NCBI GenBank assembly: GCA_020536535.1
Contig: JAHLWZ010000951.1
Coordinates: 1-39,113, forward strand
Source: Pelomyxa schiedti
Taxonomy: Eukaryota > Protista > Evosea
Reading direction: 5' to 3'
Length of the DNA stretch: 39,113 nt
Of the stretch, positions 22,343-35,889 are shown piece by piece (position 1 is the stretch's first letter; each line of letters begins with the position of its first letter). Position numbers and translations under genes: made by a program. Under the pieces are notes generated by a model. That model saw only the letters and a list, made by a program, of their open reading frames with translations. It was not told the DNA's origin and made no database searches.

Positions 22343-25300
22343 ATGAGCACAAACATAAAAAAGCGGCGATACCCCGCTGTTGGTGGTCCGTCGATTTCCC
22401 TTTCTTCGTTCACGTTTTTTTTTCTAACTTAGAAGTACCTTGTAGGCGATATAAATACCACCGCCAGTGCCGCTTCACAGTCTTTGTCACCATCGAATCT
22501 GGTGAACTCCCTTTTTTTTGTTTTTCCCCCTATTTTAACTCAGCACAGAACGCCTCTTCCACTGGCACTGCGTCACATGACATCACCAGACCCCCTGCGA
22601 TAAGTCGTGGAGAAGACTCCCTACCAACGCGGGTTGCTGTTTCATATGCCAAGAACACAGCTCCCATAATAGCTCCACGTTCGGTGCAGCCAGTTCCGCC
22701 CATGCTTGTTTCATCGCACTCTATCTCTTCGTCTGTTGGTACTGCTTTGTCAGCAACCACAACAACCTCAGCGGAGCCTGTGGAACTGCCTGTGCAGGCT
22801 ACAAACACTGCAATTATGCCACGATGCGTGGCTGTTCACACAAATACTGCGAACTGTAGCATCAAGTTCATGAGGATGACAGTACATGAAATGCCATCAA
22901 ATGGGGTATTGGCTTCTGCATGTGCTGTGCCACTGGCAGTCATTGTGACTCCCTTGTCGGAGATCGGCGCGAATGTGCGTTATCAGTCTTGAGTTGAAGC
23001 TGCTCAACATACTTACAGGAAGGCATACCATTTGTCGACCATGGCAAAGATGGCCCACTGAGGTGCAACAAATGCAAGGGTTTCATCAATCCGTTTGTCA
23101 AATTTTGCAACGATGGGCACCAGTACATTTGCTCCCTCTGTGGGATGACCAATCCTGGTGTGTTTGCAGATTGTGCCTGTGTGGAGTGAAGCGTGCATCA
23201 CCTTTGGTAGTTGATAACTATTAATAAATTACTTATAATGAGTGCCACATTAATAAACAAGCAAAGTCCCAAGCTGGTTCTATAGCCCACTTGAACAAAA
23301 CGGAAGAAGAATGGATCACGACCTCCGGCCTGAGTTGGCAAGAGGAACTGTTGAATTCACTGCGGATGCTCCTGTACTGCCTTTTCCTTCCTTTACAACA
23401 TCTATTTACACCTTTTCTTCCAACAGATGTATATGCCTTTAGACAGACCACTTCAGCCATGCGCATTTTTATGTGTGATTGATTGCACTGAACAAGCTCT
23501 GTGCTCAGGAATCACCCTGAAAGTCTGCCATGCCTTGAAACAAGCACTAGCAACATTACCTGAGACATTTGTTCCAAAAATAGGCTTCCTTTCATATGGA
23601 AATCATTCCGTTCATTTTTGGGATTTGTCTGTATGTACAACACAGTGAATTGTTAGTGTGACATAGCAATTACAGGCCGATAAACCAAAGATGTTTATTG
23701 TTCCAGATACTGAAAATATATTTACTCCTCTTCTTCGGGGAGTGTTTGTAAAGTATAGCCACAAGTATACAGGATGTAACTTACTCTTTATGCAGGCACA
23801 ATGACCCAAAAATATCTTCTTTCCTTACCAAACTTCCTTCCCTGGCCAGACTTCCAAAAACTAAGATTCAATCTTCCCTTGGTGCTGCTCTTCTGGCGGC
23901 CTCTACTTTATTGGTAGGGACATTTTCTTTTTCGTCTGGACTGATTTTTTTTCTGCCAAAAGAAACCATTTGGTGGAAGAATCCTGGTTTTTCACACGTC
24001 AATGCCAGTTAGTGACCCAGGAGCCCTTATTGACCGGGGCAGTCTTTGCCTCTATGGATCTGATAAAGAAGGCGCTTTATTCAAGCCCCAAGTGGATAAT
24101 TTCTTTTTTTTTTTTCTTTTTTTTTCAATCCTCTTCCAGAGTTCTTTCTATCAAGATTTGGGAGACCAATGTGCAGCAAACAAAACCTCAGTCACTTTCT
24201 TTCTGTTTTCAAACCAATATTTGGATGTAGCTTCAATAAGTTAGTTTACCATCATAAGTGCTTTCTAACTCGTGCATAGAGGCTGCCAGTTTACACACTG
24301 GTGGCAGAATATACCACTATCGTGATGGTTGAGGTTTGTCAAGTAAGACTCTACCTAACAACACTTATTCTAGGATACGACTCAGCCTGGGATGAAAGAA
24401 ATCTCCAAGCCGATTTACAACACTGTTTCACTCACACAGTTGGTTATGATTCGATGTTCAAAGTATGTGCCAGTCCAGGTAAATTTTTTCAAATATCAGA
24501 ATTGTTGTTTAACTATTCGTAAGGTATCTTAGTTGACAAATACACTGGCCATCTCAAACTCTCTCCAAACAACAATGTGTCAATTGCCACAGTGGATACT
24601 GACACTACACTACTCATATATTTAAAGCATGACACCGGTGGCTTAGCAGTCCAAGAAGCTGTATTGCAGAGTTCTCTCCTGTAAGTAATTCTAATTCTAA
24701 TCAGTTACATTGCTCTGATTTCCCAGGTATACCACTACAGATGGTATGAGAAGAATAAGAGTTCATACTCTTTCTCTTCCTGTTGTGGCTGACCACTCTC
24801 GCGTGTTTTCGTCTGCTGATGTTGACGCAATTGTTTTTTGTCACGCAAATAGAGGTACACACTGAAAGGGGGAGGAAATATTTGACATAAACAAAGCTGT
24901 GGATATTGTGTACCACGGCAAACCCTCCAAGGCCAAAGACTCTGTATTCGATTCTTGTGTTGATGTTGTAACACCACTCTTATCCGCAATTTTTTTACTT
25001 GCACGATTTAGATAGCTGCGGCATATCATAAGTACTGCTTCCCCCAGAGAGCTTGCATTGAATTTGTCCTCCCCGATTCACTCCGACTTTTACCTCTTTT
25101 ATCATTAGCACTGACAAAATCACCCCTGCTCCTTCCAAGTTTTTCCCTTTTCATTCAAAGCGCTTTTCCTTGTTAATTTGACTTTTGCTCGTGTTATTAT
25201 ACTGTAGGTAAACCTACGGATATGAAATGCACAAGAGCGTCAATTCTGAGTTCTGTCCCAATTTCTAGTGCAATAGCCTCAATATATCCCATTGTCTACT

Positions 25301-25850
25301 TGTTGCCTGTTGGAGCAGTGAGTGAGAAATCACGGAATCCTGAGGCCCTTAGGCTTTCAGCAGGAGCAATTTCCACGTCGAGTGGTCTTTATATTCTATA
25401 CAATGGAATGCATTTAGTGGTAAGCTCCATTCCTCCTTGGATCCCTCCTAAATAAAACTGGCACAGGTCTACGCAACAAACATAGAAGACTTGTCAACTT
25501 TGTACGGAGTGGAAATAACCCCCACCACCCCAGCAGATGAACTTTGCAGTCTTTTTTGGAAGTCTGCATCCAACCCAGATTCTCCCGCATTCAGTGCACT
25601 GCAAGCACTGTTATCACTGCATGGACACAACCAGTTGGCTCTACATGTATGTGCACCCCTAGCCGAAAAAGCACATATACTCTTTGGAATCCCTTCTAAC
25701 CATGACTAGGTGCTCCACAACCAATTGCCGGGGTTCAATACCCACTTGGCAGCGAATTTCCATGAAGACAAAGGCCCGTATGATAATCCCTCTCTCTCGG
25801 ACTGGTTGAGACTGCTAAAAACCTTCCTGCACACAAAGTTGTTGTGGTGA
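22343..25850 (+). CDS. SEC24: COPII cargo adaptor Sec24 (SEC24C/D-like), multi-exon
   Basis: N-terminal 'MSTNIKKRRYP'; 'NCSIKFMRMTVHEMP...VPLAVIVTPL'; Zn finger 'GPLRCNKCKGFINPFVKFCNDGHQYICSLCGMTN' (first Cys at 23064); 'RPELARGTVEF'; 'AFLCVIDC'; 'GMRRIRVHTLSLPVV...SADVDAI'; C-terminal 'FHEDKG...' to TGA at 25848-25850. Confidence 0.92.
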
Positions 25851-25944
25851 TTCTGTGGAAGACACACAACCCACACATTTAAAAAAAAAGTCAGGCACTG
25901 TTGCTAACTAAAGAAAACACTTTTTTAAATTTCCAACTCATTCC

Positions 25945-28193
25945 TTACTCTGATGTGGAGAGTTTTTGTAGTCTCCTCTTTCTTATTTCCTCTGGTGATG
26001 CCGGAGGGCTATTGCTACTGTTGCTGGCAGAATCTGCTGTTGATATTGGTGTGGGTTTTGCTGTTGATGTTGATGTTGATGTGGATGAAGTGCTGGGTGT
26101 TGCAGTGTAGGCTGTTGGTGTTGTAGTTGTTGTGGCAGTGGTTGCGGCTGGTGGTTGTGGTTGTGATTGCGATTGTGGTGTATTTGGTTGTCTGGGCTGA
26201 GCCGGAGTAGTTGTTGCAGAGCTGAGAAGGGCCGCGTTCAGCTCCCAGGCTTGGGAAATTTGTGCTTGTAGGGCTGCCTGCTGCTGCATCAGGCTGTCTA
26301 ATTGCCACTGAAGACGCATTTGCAGTTCATAAGGGCTCTCCGTGGGGTGTGTGGCTGGTGCTGTGGTTGTTGTTGTTGTTGATGCTGGTGCTGCCGCTGA
26401 TGCGGATGCGGATGCGGATGCGGATGCAGCTGAAGTATGACTTGGTGTTGTGGAAGTTTGTGGCTGACCTGCTGATTGCCACTCGGGTGGGGTTGGTGGT
26501 TGAGGCTGTACATGAGGGAGATGGGGTTGTGGCGCTGGCTGATTGGCTTGTGGGATGTGGGGTTGTGGTGCTGGTATATTTACAGCAGGGGCATATCCAT
26601 TCTGGGGCATGAATTGGGGTACCCAAAAGCCGGCTGCTTGTGGAACCATGAATGGGATTGCACCCATTTGGAATTGCATGTACTGTGGGTGTGGCATATG
26701 CGGCGGGAAAACAGGTCTCTGGCAAATTGGACAGTTTTGTGACTGTGCAAGCCAGGCCCTGAGACAGTGAAGATGCAGAATATCTTTTTTTTTGTGTTAA
26801 AGATTATTATAAATACACTTTGCGTACGGTTGCAGGGAAGACGTTTGCCAACAACCATATCCTCGCGGCACACAATGCATGTTGGATCTGCATTGGGGAA
26901 ATTGGCAAGAGCCACAGTTTCCAGCCTGTTTGTTTGTTGTTAGCTGTATCTAGAGGGAAATAGTGAAATACATTCTGTCCATGATTGCAGTTGCCCTGAG
27001 GTAGCGTGTTAGCTCGGAACAACGTTTCCTGAATGAACTACAAGCCATCCACACTTGTCTTACCAAGTATATGGGCAAACCTTTATCGGAATAAACAAGG
27101 TATAACCAGGGAGGCTAAAGCAAAACCGTGGAACTGGTAAACGATCAAGAAAAAGAGTGTATAAGTAACCATAGTGAACCCTGTCTTTTGGTTTGTGTTG
27201 GTTTGTTTGCTACAGGAGTATTGGAAAGGTTTTGGCACCTGAATGACAGCCAGATATAAGAGATATTTGGCCTTGTTGTCCCAATTACCCTCCATCCTGA
27301 CATCAATGCAGTTGAATATGAATTTGGAGATGGTGCATAGGATCATCACTGACAGTAATGTGAACTAGAGAAAGATTAGGGTACAGTTTGGGACTGCACA
27401 TGGCAAACCTCAAAACCAAACAATATCATTGTAGAGGGGCCGTTAAGCCAGCAATGTTTCCAGGAATAGAGTGCCAAAGCACAGTCGACTGTAGTCAGCA
27501 ACAACATAAGGACCACAATCCTCACATTATCCAGTATTGATGTGAGGGGGACTTGTTGTAACTTTGTCCGTAAGCAAATATTTTGAGAAAGAAGACTTAC
27601 GAAGTCAACTCTATCTTCAAGAATCCAATGAAAGATCTTGATGAATAAAAGCATAACGAAGGCACCAACAAGGGTGGCATTGAACTGGTCACCAAATATA
27701 GTCATTGCGAGCAGTGTTTCCATGATGGCGGGCCATAATTTCTCGTACATCACCTAATTGCAGGAGCAATTTATTTGTATTGTCAAACACAATAACACTT
27801 TCTATACCTCATAATCACGCTCTCTTGGCTTCCCAAAGAATATTCTTTTCAGGAGATAACCCAAGAAAATGGAAAACATAAGGACACAATTGCCCAACAC
27901 CTACATTACCAAGGGTTACGAAACGAAACACACTGTTTCATTTTATTCCACTCTCACCATCATTGCAGCCTTGGAACTCGTCAAATAAAGTACTATCTTG
28001 AAATACCTTTTTCAAGTTGGAACAAAGGTGCCAAAAGAAAAACAAAAGAAAAAAAAGGGACAAAAAAACAAACACAAAAAAAGGGGGGGAAACAGAATTA
28101 CCTGTACTGCCATATTTCACACGTGGAGTACAACAACCCAAGAGTCGACGCCACTGTCAACAGCACGTAGTGCCGGAAACTGAATCGAAACAT
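25945..28193 (-). CDS. HRD1: ERAD E3 ubiquitin ligase Hrd1/synoviolin, multi-exon
   Basis: Transmembrane region 'IVLYLTSSK...KRIFFG...YEKLWPAIMETLLAMTIFGDQF...LLFIKIFHWILEDRVDF'. Spliced RING-H2 '[37 protein letters not shown]'. Pro/Gln-rich tail ending in a VCP-binding-like motif 'EEIRKRRLQKL'. Confidence 0.93.
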
Positions 28194-28492
28194 CGTCACT
28201 CGCTCCCCACCGGTGATCTTCTGTCCTCACAAGAATACAAAACTGAAAACTAGACGACAACAAACACAGAACGAAACCTTAGCCGATTTCCACGTGTCAA
28301 CCAGTGACTCTGATGTTCCCTCCTGAACCCAGAATCTCTGCGGGAAAAGCCCCGACTTGGCTTGCCAGACTCCCTCCCACATTCCAGTCCAGAGGATCCT
28401 GCAGATCCAACCATCAAAAACCAATCAAAACTCAGGTTTTTTTTTTGTCAAAACAGGGAAAAAAAAAACGAGCTGCAACGAGTGGGTTTGGG
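28194..28492. promoter_or_regulatory. Putative bidirectional promoter between HRD1 and the SAPS gene
   Basis: 299 bp between divergent ATGs (28193 on -, 28493 on +). Confidence 0.45.
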
Positions 28493-31400
28493 ATGTTCTG
28501 GGATACGATTGAGACCGCGCCGGTCCCACCATTGATAGATCTCCTTCAAAAGTCCAGAGATGGCACACTCGCGGAGCCAGTAACACTAGAAAAACTCGTG
28601 GAGTTCGACGACTTTCTGCAGGAAGCAAAGGCGCAAAACCCTTTGATTATGACAATGTGACTTTTTCCCCCGTTTGTAAATGTCGCCACTGTGGTTTTCA
28701 AGATCACATGGTGGAATTGAATTACGAAACCTACGCTTTATTTTATTTACTGAATAAGATGGCACTAATTGTGTGATAGATTAAACACCCCAGAAATGGT
28801 GCAGAAAATTGTGGACCATGCCATAGCTAATTGCACTCCCGATCTGTCACAAACAAAGTAATTAAATATTAATGGAGATATACTTATTTTATTGGATTTC
28901 TGTTTGACCCTCATTGCTTCCAAGGTGTTCCTACTTGTGCACTGAAATATTATGTGCTGATATCAAGCCACTTTTAGAGACAATGTTTGCACACTGCGAA
29001 ATTTTGAACCACCTATACCACTCTTTTTTGCTTGATACCACCACACCAGACCCCACTCAAAGTGGGGAAGGGAGTTGTGTTCTTCCCATGCCAGATGTGA
29101 GAGCAGCAAAATCTGCAAAAGCAATATTACAAAGCTGCCCAAACCAGGTTTTCTTTGTTCTTTGAGTGACATGTGAATCACAAACTACAGACAATTAATT
29201 TTTTGAGGAATACATATGGAGGTGTTTTCGTTGAGCAACTCTGCAATCATATCAGTACCCCAGGGGCTTCAAACTACCTCCTTCTTCTCATCACATTTGA
29301 TAACACTGTGGGAGGTGCTGGTATCCTTCAGGTATGGTAACTATGAAATTCTTTGGTTCTGAGGGAAAGTAGTGGTTACTTGATAATTGCCTGTGTGAAC
29401 ATCTTATCCAACAGCTGTCGCATTTAAAACCAGAACAGGTCTAGCACTGCTTTCGCCAAATTTAACTTACAGTTAATAGGAGCAAGAAGACTCTTCCCAA
29501 GTCATTATTGACATCATGACAAGCACTTCAAAAAACAGACTACCAGATTCCCCCATTTCCCCTTTTGTTGAGAAACTTTTTTCCATGGCAACTGTATCTG
29601 GACTCATCAATGCCATAACCTCCCCAGTGGACCCTTCAAACTATTCTTCTCTTGTCAATGGAGGACCAGTATTAATTGAGCTACTTCAAAAAGTTCCCTT
29701 TCATCCATGTGATAACGAATCACCACCTCAGCACATGCTGCTAAAAGAAATGATTCCATATCTACAAACTGTCCTACAAGTATTGATACTTTCTTCAAGC
29801 TTAATCTCCCATCCAATTACAGGCTACCACAGGAGGAGGAGTTGGCATTGTTCGACTGCAAGTATGCAGGCTGATAGGAGCACTTGCTGCTATACACTCC
29901 CCAGTAATCATTGAAGCTTTGTCGCAGTCCCCAATTACCCTGAAACTCATAGTACACCTCATTACAGCCACTTGCGCCAAATGACAGAAACTTTTAGGAC
30001 TTGTTTTTTGAGTATCCTTGGAATTCTTTTCTTCATCAAGCTGTTCAAGGTATCATTGAACACATTTTCACTGAACCACTGGCGTCATCCTTGAAGCGGC
30101 AGGTAAGAAATGAAAATACATTCACTATTTTTTTACTTGTACATTAGATAATTGTTGAAGGAGGCATATTACGAAAAATACTCGAAGCTGAGAAGCTGAA
30201 TGCAAGTGAAATGTACAATTTCAATTCACTTTATTGCATAGTGAGTACCCATAGGAATGAGAATAAGCCTTGCCGCGATTACATTGCGCACATTACGCGA
30301 ATAGCCAATGTGATATCATCTGATAGTGAATTAACTTCTGGTTGGTCCGTTTGAAGATACATGTGTGTAATAGTTCTAGGTGATACAGAGTGGACCACAT
30401 ATACAAAGACCATTCTGGCAGAACGCACAAAGAAAGAGCAGGGATATCTAGGTGGTGTAAAACCTACTGCTGACAAAAATAATCCAGGTATATGCCGCTA
30501 TCTTTTTTCCTCTAACAGTTGATAAATCAGGAAATTCGATTCCTGATATCGACATGAACTTCGAAACAAAGAAACCCAAAATCCTTCCCCCAAATGCTCT
30601 TTCCCTCATTCCCTCCAACCCCGTCTTTGCCGCCACTGACGACGGAAAACCACAATGGTTTCAATTCAATTCTGCTGCACCTTCTGAGTTACCAGAAAAA
30701 AATGTTGAAGTGGTTACACAGCCTCTCACTCCTAATGACCAGCCTTCAGTTCTGCTCACCACTCCCCAGTCCCTCGGGATTACGCCAAACAAACTACAGG
30801 AGACTCTGCCCACTGGCGAAACCACCTCTTCAGATGCAGATAATTTTGCCTTTTTCAACACCAGTTGGGATTGGAATCCAGTTGAGGCCCCAAATGGATC
30901 TGAACAAACAAACTTGGAGACGCATTCTGACAAGCCTGAATCAACAACTACAGAAATACCTCCTTCTTCTAATATTGTGGAACTCCCTGCAGTTTTTAAT
31001 ACAGTGGACGACATTTGGAATCAATCTTCAAACTTCTTCCCTCAATCTGAAGAGCCCCCTTCAATTCCTACAAAATTGCCCAGTAGCAATGAAAACACAT
31101 TTGCCAGTTTTGACAGCCCCAACAAAACTGAAGTGGGCAAAGAGTCTGGTACTGTAAGTACACCAAGTGACAATTTCTTTGCAAATTTCAATGCCTTTGG
31201 AGAGGACACATTCCAAAACAACCCCACTTTTCCTCCCTCAAGTTCAGAGGCTGAAAACGCTTTTCCTGACAGCATTGGCAAAGACAAACCACCTGTCATA
31301 CTCAATGAAAACCCAGTTACTAATGATACGCCTACAGCACCCCAGGAAAAATTGGAAAACCTTGCCTCTACTGATACCCTCATTAGTCCATCAGTGGAAA

Positions 31401-34400
31401 AAGAAACCTCAACAAATTCAGCTGAAACTCAAGAATCAAGGCAAGCACCAATGCCTACAGATGATCTACTTAAAACCCGTGTTGTTTTTATTTCTGGGGC
31501 GTTTTCCACCCCATCGGCTTCCTCAACTGTAAACGTGGTCACACCAACTGAAAAGCCCAATGTAATGGAGCCTCCAGAACCAATCAAGACCAAGGAGGAG
31601 TCCAGTGAGGAGCACACTAGTGACACTCAGACAACTGCACAAGCACCCACTCAAGCAGACTGGTTTGCACATTTTGACTCTGTGGACTTCAGTTCCGGCA
31701 ATGCTGAAACCACATCTGCCTCCAGTGACTTTTTCCCTGCCGACTTTTCATCGTCCTTCCCTTCACACATGACTGGTGATTCAAGCTCTGGCTTTAGCAC
31801 AGAAGCATTTTCAAGTCCACTAAACCCAACAAACCTCTCAGTATCTTCACCAATGAATAAGGAAGAAACTGACTCCTATCATGGTGACTCAAATGCTGGT
31901 GAGCCAAAGAACTCATTGGAACCAAATGCCACAAAAACCACTGAGGCAAACTTCTTTGAAACTCCTAACTTGGCACTAAATTTGGAATCCCCTGCACTAC
32001 TTTCAAACCCGATACCATCACCACCTCCCTCATTTGAAGTACCAGCACCTCCCCCATCCATTCAACTCGCACCTATGGAAAAAGAAACTCCTGTGACAGC
32101 TCCTCCTGAATCAGCTGGCTCGAGTGAGTTTTCGTCTAGCTCTGATTTTTTTGCAGACAAGTCAAGTACCACAACAATAAAATATGTGAACCTATTAATC
32201 TTCCAGCAGACAAACCTGAGAATTCTTTTCCAGCAGACCTTACAGACAAGAAGACTGAAGGGGTTGCAGATTCTAAACCAATTTCTTTTGAGGTTCTTCC
32301 CAGTACCACAACTATCCATTTTTATTGCCTACAGGGATTCACTTTTGAGGAGCCAAAGGCTGGTGTGTCTTAGTGGCTATGGAATGAGCAAATTGTTTAA
32401 ATATCTCACATAAAGTAGACCAAAGTGCATCAACAACTTCTAGTGCTACCAAGGAAGAGATCAAGGAGACTGCCTCTGATTTTGGCTGGGCGGAGTTTGA
32501 TAGTAAATCTGGTTATTTCCCTTTCTTAATGTTTCTTTGTTTTTCCCCAATCCTCTGCATCACATTTCTTATTCTTCAATGTAGGTTCCGTGGTATTCTT
32601 ACACTATTTGCATAATTTTTGAAGTCACTGATCATAAGTTCAGAGTGACTCTGATTTTCAGTGGCAAGACAATGCGGACAACACTGACAATGCTGACAAT
32701 GATGAGGCTCAATGGGCTAACTTTACAGTATCTACCCCCGCTGTTCCACCTGCAACTACTATCCCTGAGCACTCAGGTGAAGGGTCTTGAAAGTAATAAA
32801 ACTCTTTGTAATTCAAAGTAGTTGGAAGTGACCTTATTTCTGAGCAAGACCCCACTTCAGTAGCCAAACATGTAGAAACTATGGTCACAAATCTTCCAGC
32901 CACGGAACCTCAGCAGTCCTCTTTGAACATTTACATAGTTGTTTCTCTCAAAGCTCTGTCGCACACACTTGAGACTGTACTCAGAGCAAGGTCTGGGTCG
33001 TAATATCTTTTTTTTTACAAGATTAATTTCGAGCCAGTGAATTGGACGGGAAGAAAGCCAAGTATTTGCAGTGCGATTCCTGCAAATACACACATTATGC
33101 TCCCACACCAGACAAATCAAGTTTCCATTTCTCAAAGTCAATTTTCACTAAATTACGTAGGATGTATCCTTTGTGGCCATTTGGATAGAACCAAGATGGC
33201 CTATGCACCTAACACTAGCCCAAATACGCCATCCCACATGTTCGAGGACACTCTGACACATGCCCTGCATCTCCCAAAACTAGTTTGTAAATACTGGCTA
33301 AGAGAAATTTAACCTACTTTCAGGCTCCCGCCCAATCCTCCAGTCTAGCTCATTCTGGAGGACTGGATACACCTCCAGTGAAGATGCCTATAACCCCGGA
33401 AATTCCACAAATGCTTCCTTCACCTTCCATTCCATCAGTGTCTCCAAAACTATCTTCACCAACCCTCACCCCAAAGGCGGGCCACTCCGCCAACCACGTA
33501 AATAACGAAGGGCGCTCACGATCCCCTCAACGAACTTCTGTCGTCACCAAGGGTGGCCCTCAACCTCAATCACCACCCCAATCACCACCACCACAACCAA
33601 AGCAAGGGGTGGCAGCAACTCTTGCAAACCTTCTTTCATCACCACCAAACGCAAGAAAAGGTGCTCAAGTTTCCTCTCCTCCTCCGAAAAATCCATCTCC
33701 TGCAATTCCAGCGCCATCTACTCAAATTACATCTCCCTCACCTGCAAAGAGCCGTTCTCCAACACCTGATATAAAATCTAAATCTCCAGGTCTTCTACCT
33801 GTATCAGCCACAAAATCACACTCGGCTTCAGCAATCACTTCCCCACAGCAAATTGCCCCCACAGTTCCCACACAAGCCCATACACAACATCATAGCCACG
33901 CACCTGCGCCCCTTCCTCCTCCTCCCGCACTCGTGCCCCCTCCAACACAATCTGCACCTGCCACAACTCCCAAAATACCTTCAACTTCAGACCCTTCCGT
34001 ATCACCTCTTCATCCAGACAACAAGCAGGCAATCCCCACTCTACTTCCACCTAATGCAAGTCGTACAATACAGACAGTATCTCCTACCCCAGCAGTTTTT
34101 GCACCCTCTGACTCTACTTCGCTATTTCCATCCCAAACTGCACTACCTCAGACTATGGACAAAGTAGTTGATGAACCACCCCCCTTAGCACCTGTAGCAA
34201 TCAAACCTGATACCGTTCCAGCCCCACCACAAGAAGACAAAAAAGTGGATTTCAATTTTGACTTCGATGCAGTCTGGACGAGTGTGGAATCAGGTTCTTC
34301 GTATACAAGTGATTTCGATGCAAGTGCAACAAGCACAAAAAATGAGATACATATCAATGAAGCTAGAACAGATGTTCTCGTTACCACCCCTTCAGCAAGT

Positions 34401-35736
34401 CCAAATACTAGTACAGACTTGAACTTCATTTCAAATCGTGATGGACAGGATGCAAGTAAAGCACAACCGCCACTTCCACTTGCTCCTCTTCCAACCAACA
34501 CCACTCCAGACTCCTTACCCACATCCTCATCAACATTCCTTACACTCCTTGGAGCTGAAGGGCAATCCAATTCAGTATTTTCCTTTTCGAGCAAAGAAAC
34601 AAGCGTGCCTGTGGGCATACCATCCAACTTCAGCTTTTCCACAAATATTAAACTTGATGCTGCCAAACTGGAGACTGAACCAAATAAAGGCCCAACTTTG
34701 GGAAGCAATAAATCAGACACCAGTTTCTTGGATTCACTTGTACTACAAGATTCAACAAAACGTGCCTCTGATTCCCAAGCCGGCAAATCGGGTATTGACT
34801 TGTTTGGGGAAACCTTGATGGCTCCAAAAGAAGCACCCAAACAAAAGCCCCTGGACTTGGATTTTGTATCTCCAACATTTACCTCGAAGTCAAAAGAAAC
34901 ACCCCAACAAAAGCCTACTGAAGGTATATCCTTCGATTTTGTTTCAGCAGCCGACACACCTTCCTCATCTGCTGACTTTGGTTTCTTTGAAGCAGCACCA
35001 AAACCAAATGCAAGCACCACCAAAATAGACATGGACTTTTTCCCGTCTGATACAAAATTCTTTGGCAACGAGAAGCAGGAAGCACCTAAACCTATTGATG
35101 CAACTTCTTCATTATTCGGCGACAAACCAACACAATCTCCACAACCTACGACCGACTCTCCAATTGCCTCTCCCATTTCCACGATCACGCCACCCAGCCC
35201 CATGGCGCCCTTTCCTTCTCTACTATCGGTCCCACCCCCACCACCATTACAATTACCCACGCCGGAAACAGAAAAACAAGCCGCCTCATTGCCAATGAAG
35301 AACCTCGTCGCAGCAACACCACCCTCAGTTACGGCACCCCCTGTGTCATTAACAACATCCCCTGTCTCGCTAACACTTCCACCTGCCCCACTGCAAGCAG
35401 CACCAGCCGTATCGTTACCAGCACCTCCGGTCTCACAAGATACCACAGTATGTGCATTCACACCCTTTTTCTCCCCAGACCTAACTGATACAAATACAGA
35501 AGTCTGACTGGACCTCCTTCCTTCCCACACTCACGCTGAAACCCACGGCATCATCATTCGAGTCCTTGCTTTCAAAAAGCAGCACCGGCGGCAACAGCAG
35601 CACTCCGCAACAACAATCGAAACCCAAGGCCTCAGTAGCGCCAACTCCGGTGCTTCTTACAGAAGAAGCATTGCTCGCCGGCATACCGGACCTAAGCTTC
35701 ATCATCTCGCCCTCTCTAGTTCTTCCCAATCCCTAA
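28493..35736 (+). CDS. SAPS-domain (SIT4/PP6 regulatory subunit-like) protein with a very long low-complexity C-terminal extension, multi-exon
   Basis: 'MFWD....IDLL....VTLEKLVEFDDFLQEAKAQNPLI' matches the SAPS N-terminus; also 'RCSYLCTEILCAD', 'HITRIAN' and 'EWTTYTKTILAE'. Long Pro/Ser/Thr ORFs 30554-32413 and 33378-35507; where checked (Zn-ribbon exons, the 33378 ORF and the last exon) the GT-AG junctions are phase-compatible. Last exon 35500-35736 ends at TAA. That the tail belongs to the same gene is inferred. Confidence 0.75.
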
Positions 35737-35889
35737 CCCAGACACAATTCCGATGTAATTACTTTCACCTGTGTTCGGAAAATGTCGATATATTGTTTCT
35801 TATCCCTCATACCGTAGTCACTAGCCCAGATTGACTGGTGTTCGCAATGCTTTTCCCAACTTCCAGGGTTGTGGCCACAAACTTATTTG

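Noticed and set aside
26395-26430. (GCATCC)n hexamer repeat
   Set aside because: Simply encodes the ASASAS linker in the HRD1 disordered tail.
28285-28300. CCACGTGTCA as an ER-stress (ERSE/UPRE-like) element upstream of HRD1
   Set aside because: A single short motif without the CCAAT/ATTGG partner at the right spacing; likely by chance.
34148-35530. 460-aa minus-strand ORF, plus similar shadows at 30661-31626 and 9969-10883
   Set aside because: Antisense shadows of Pro/Ser/Thr-rich coding sequence; no independent domain signal.
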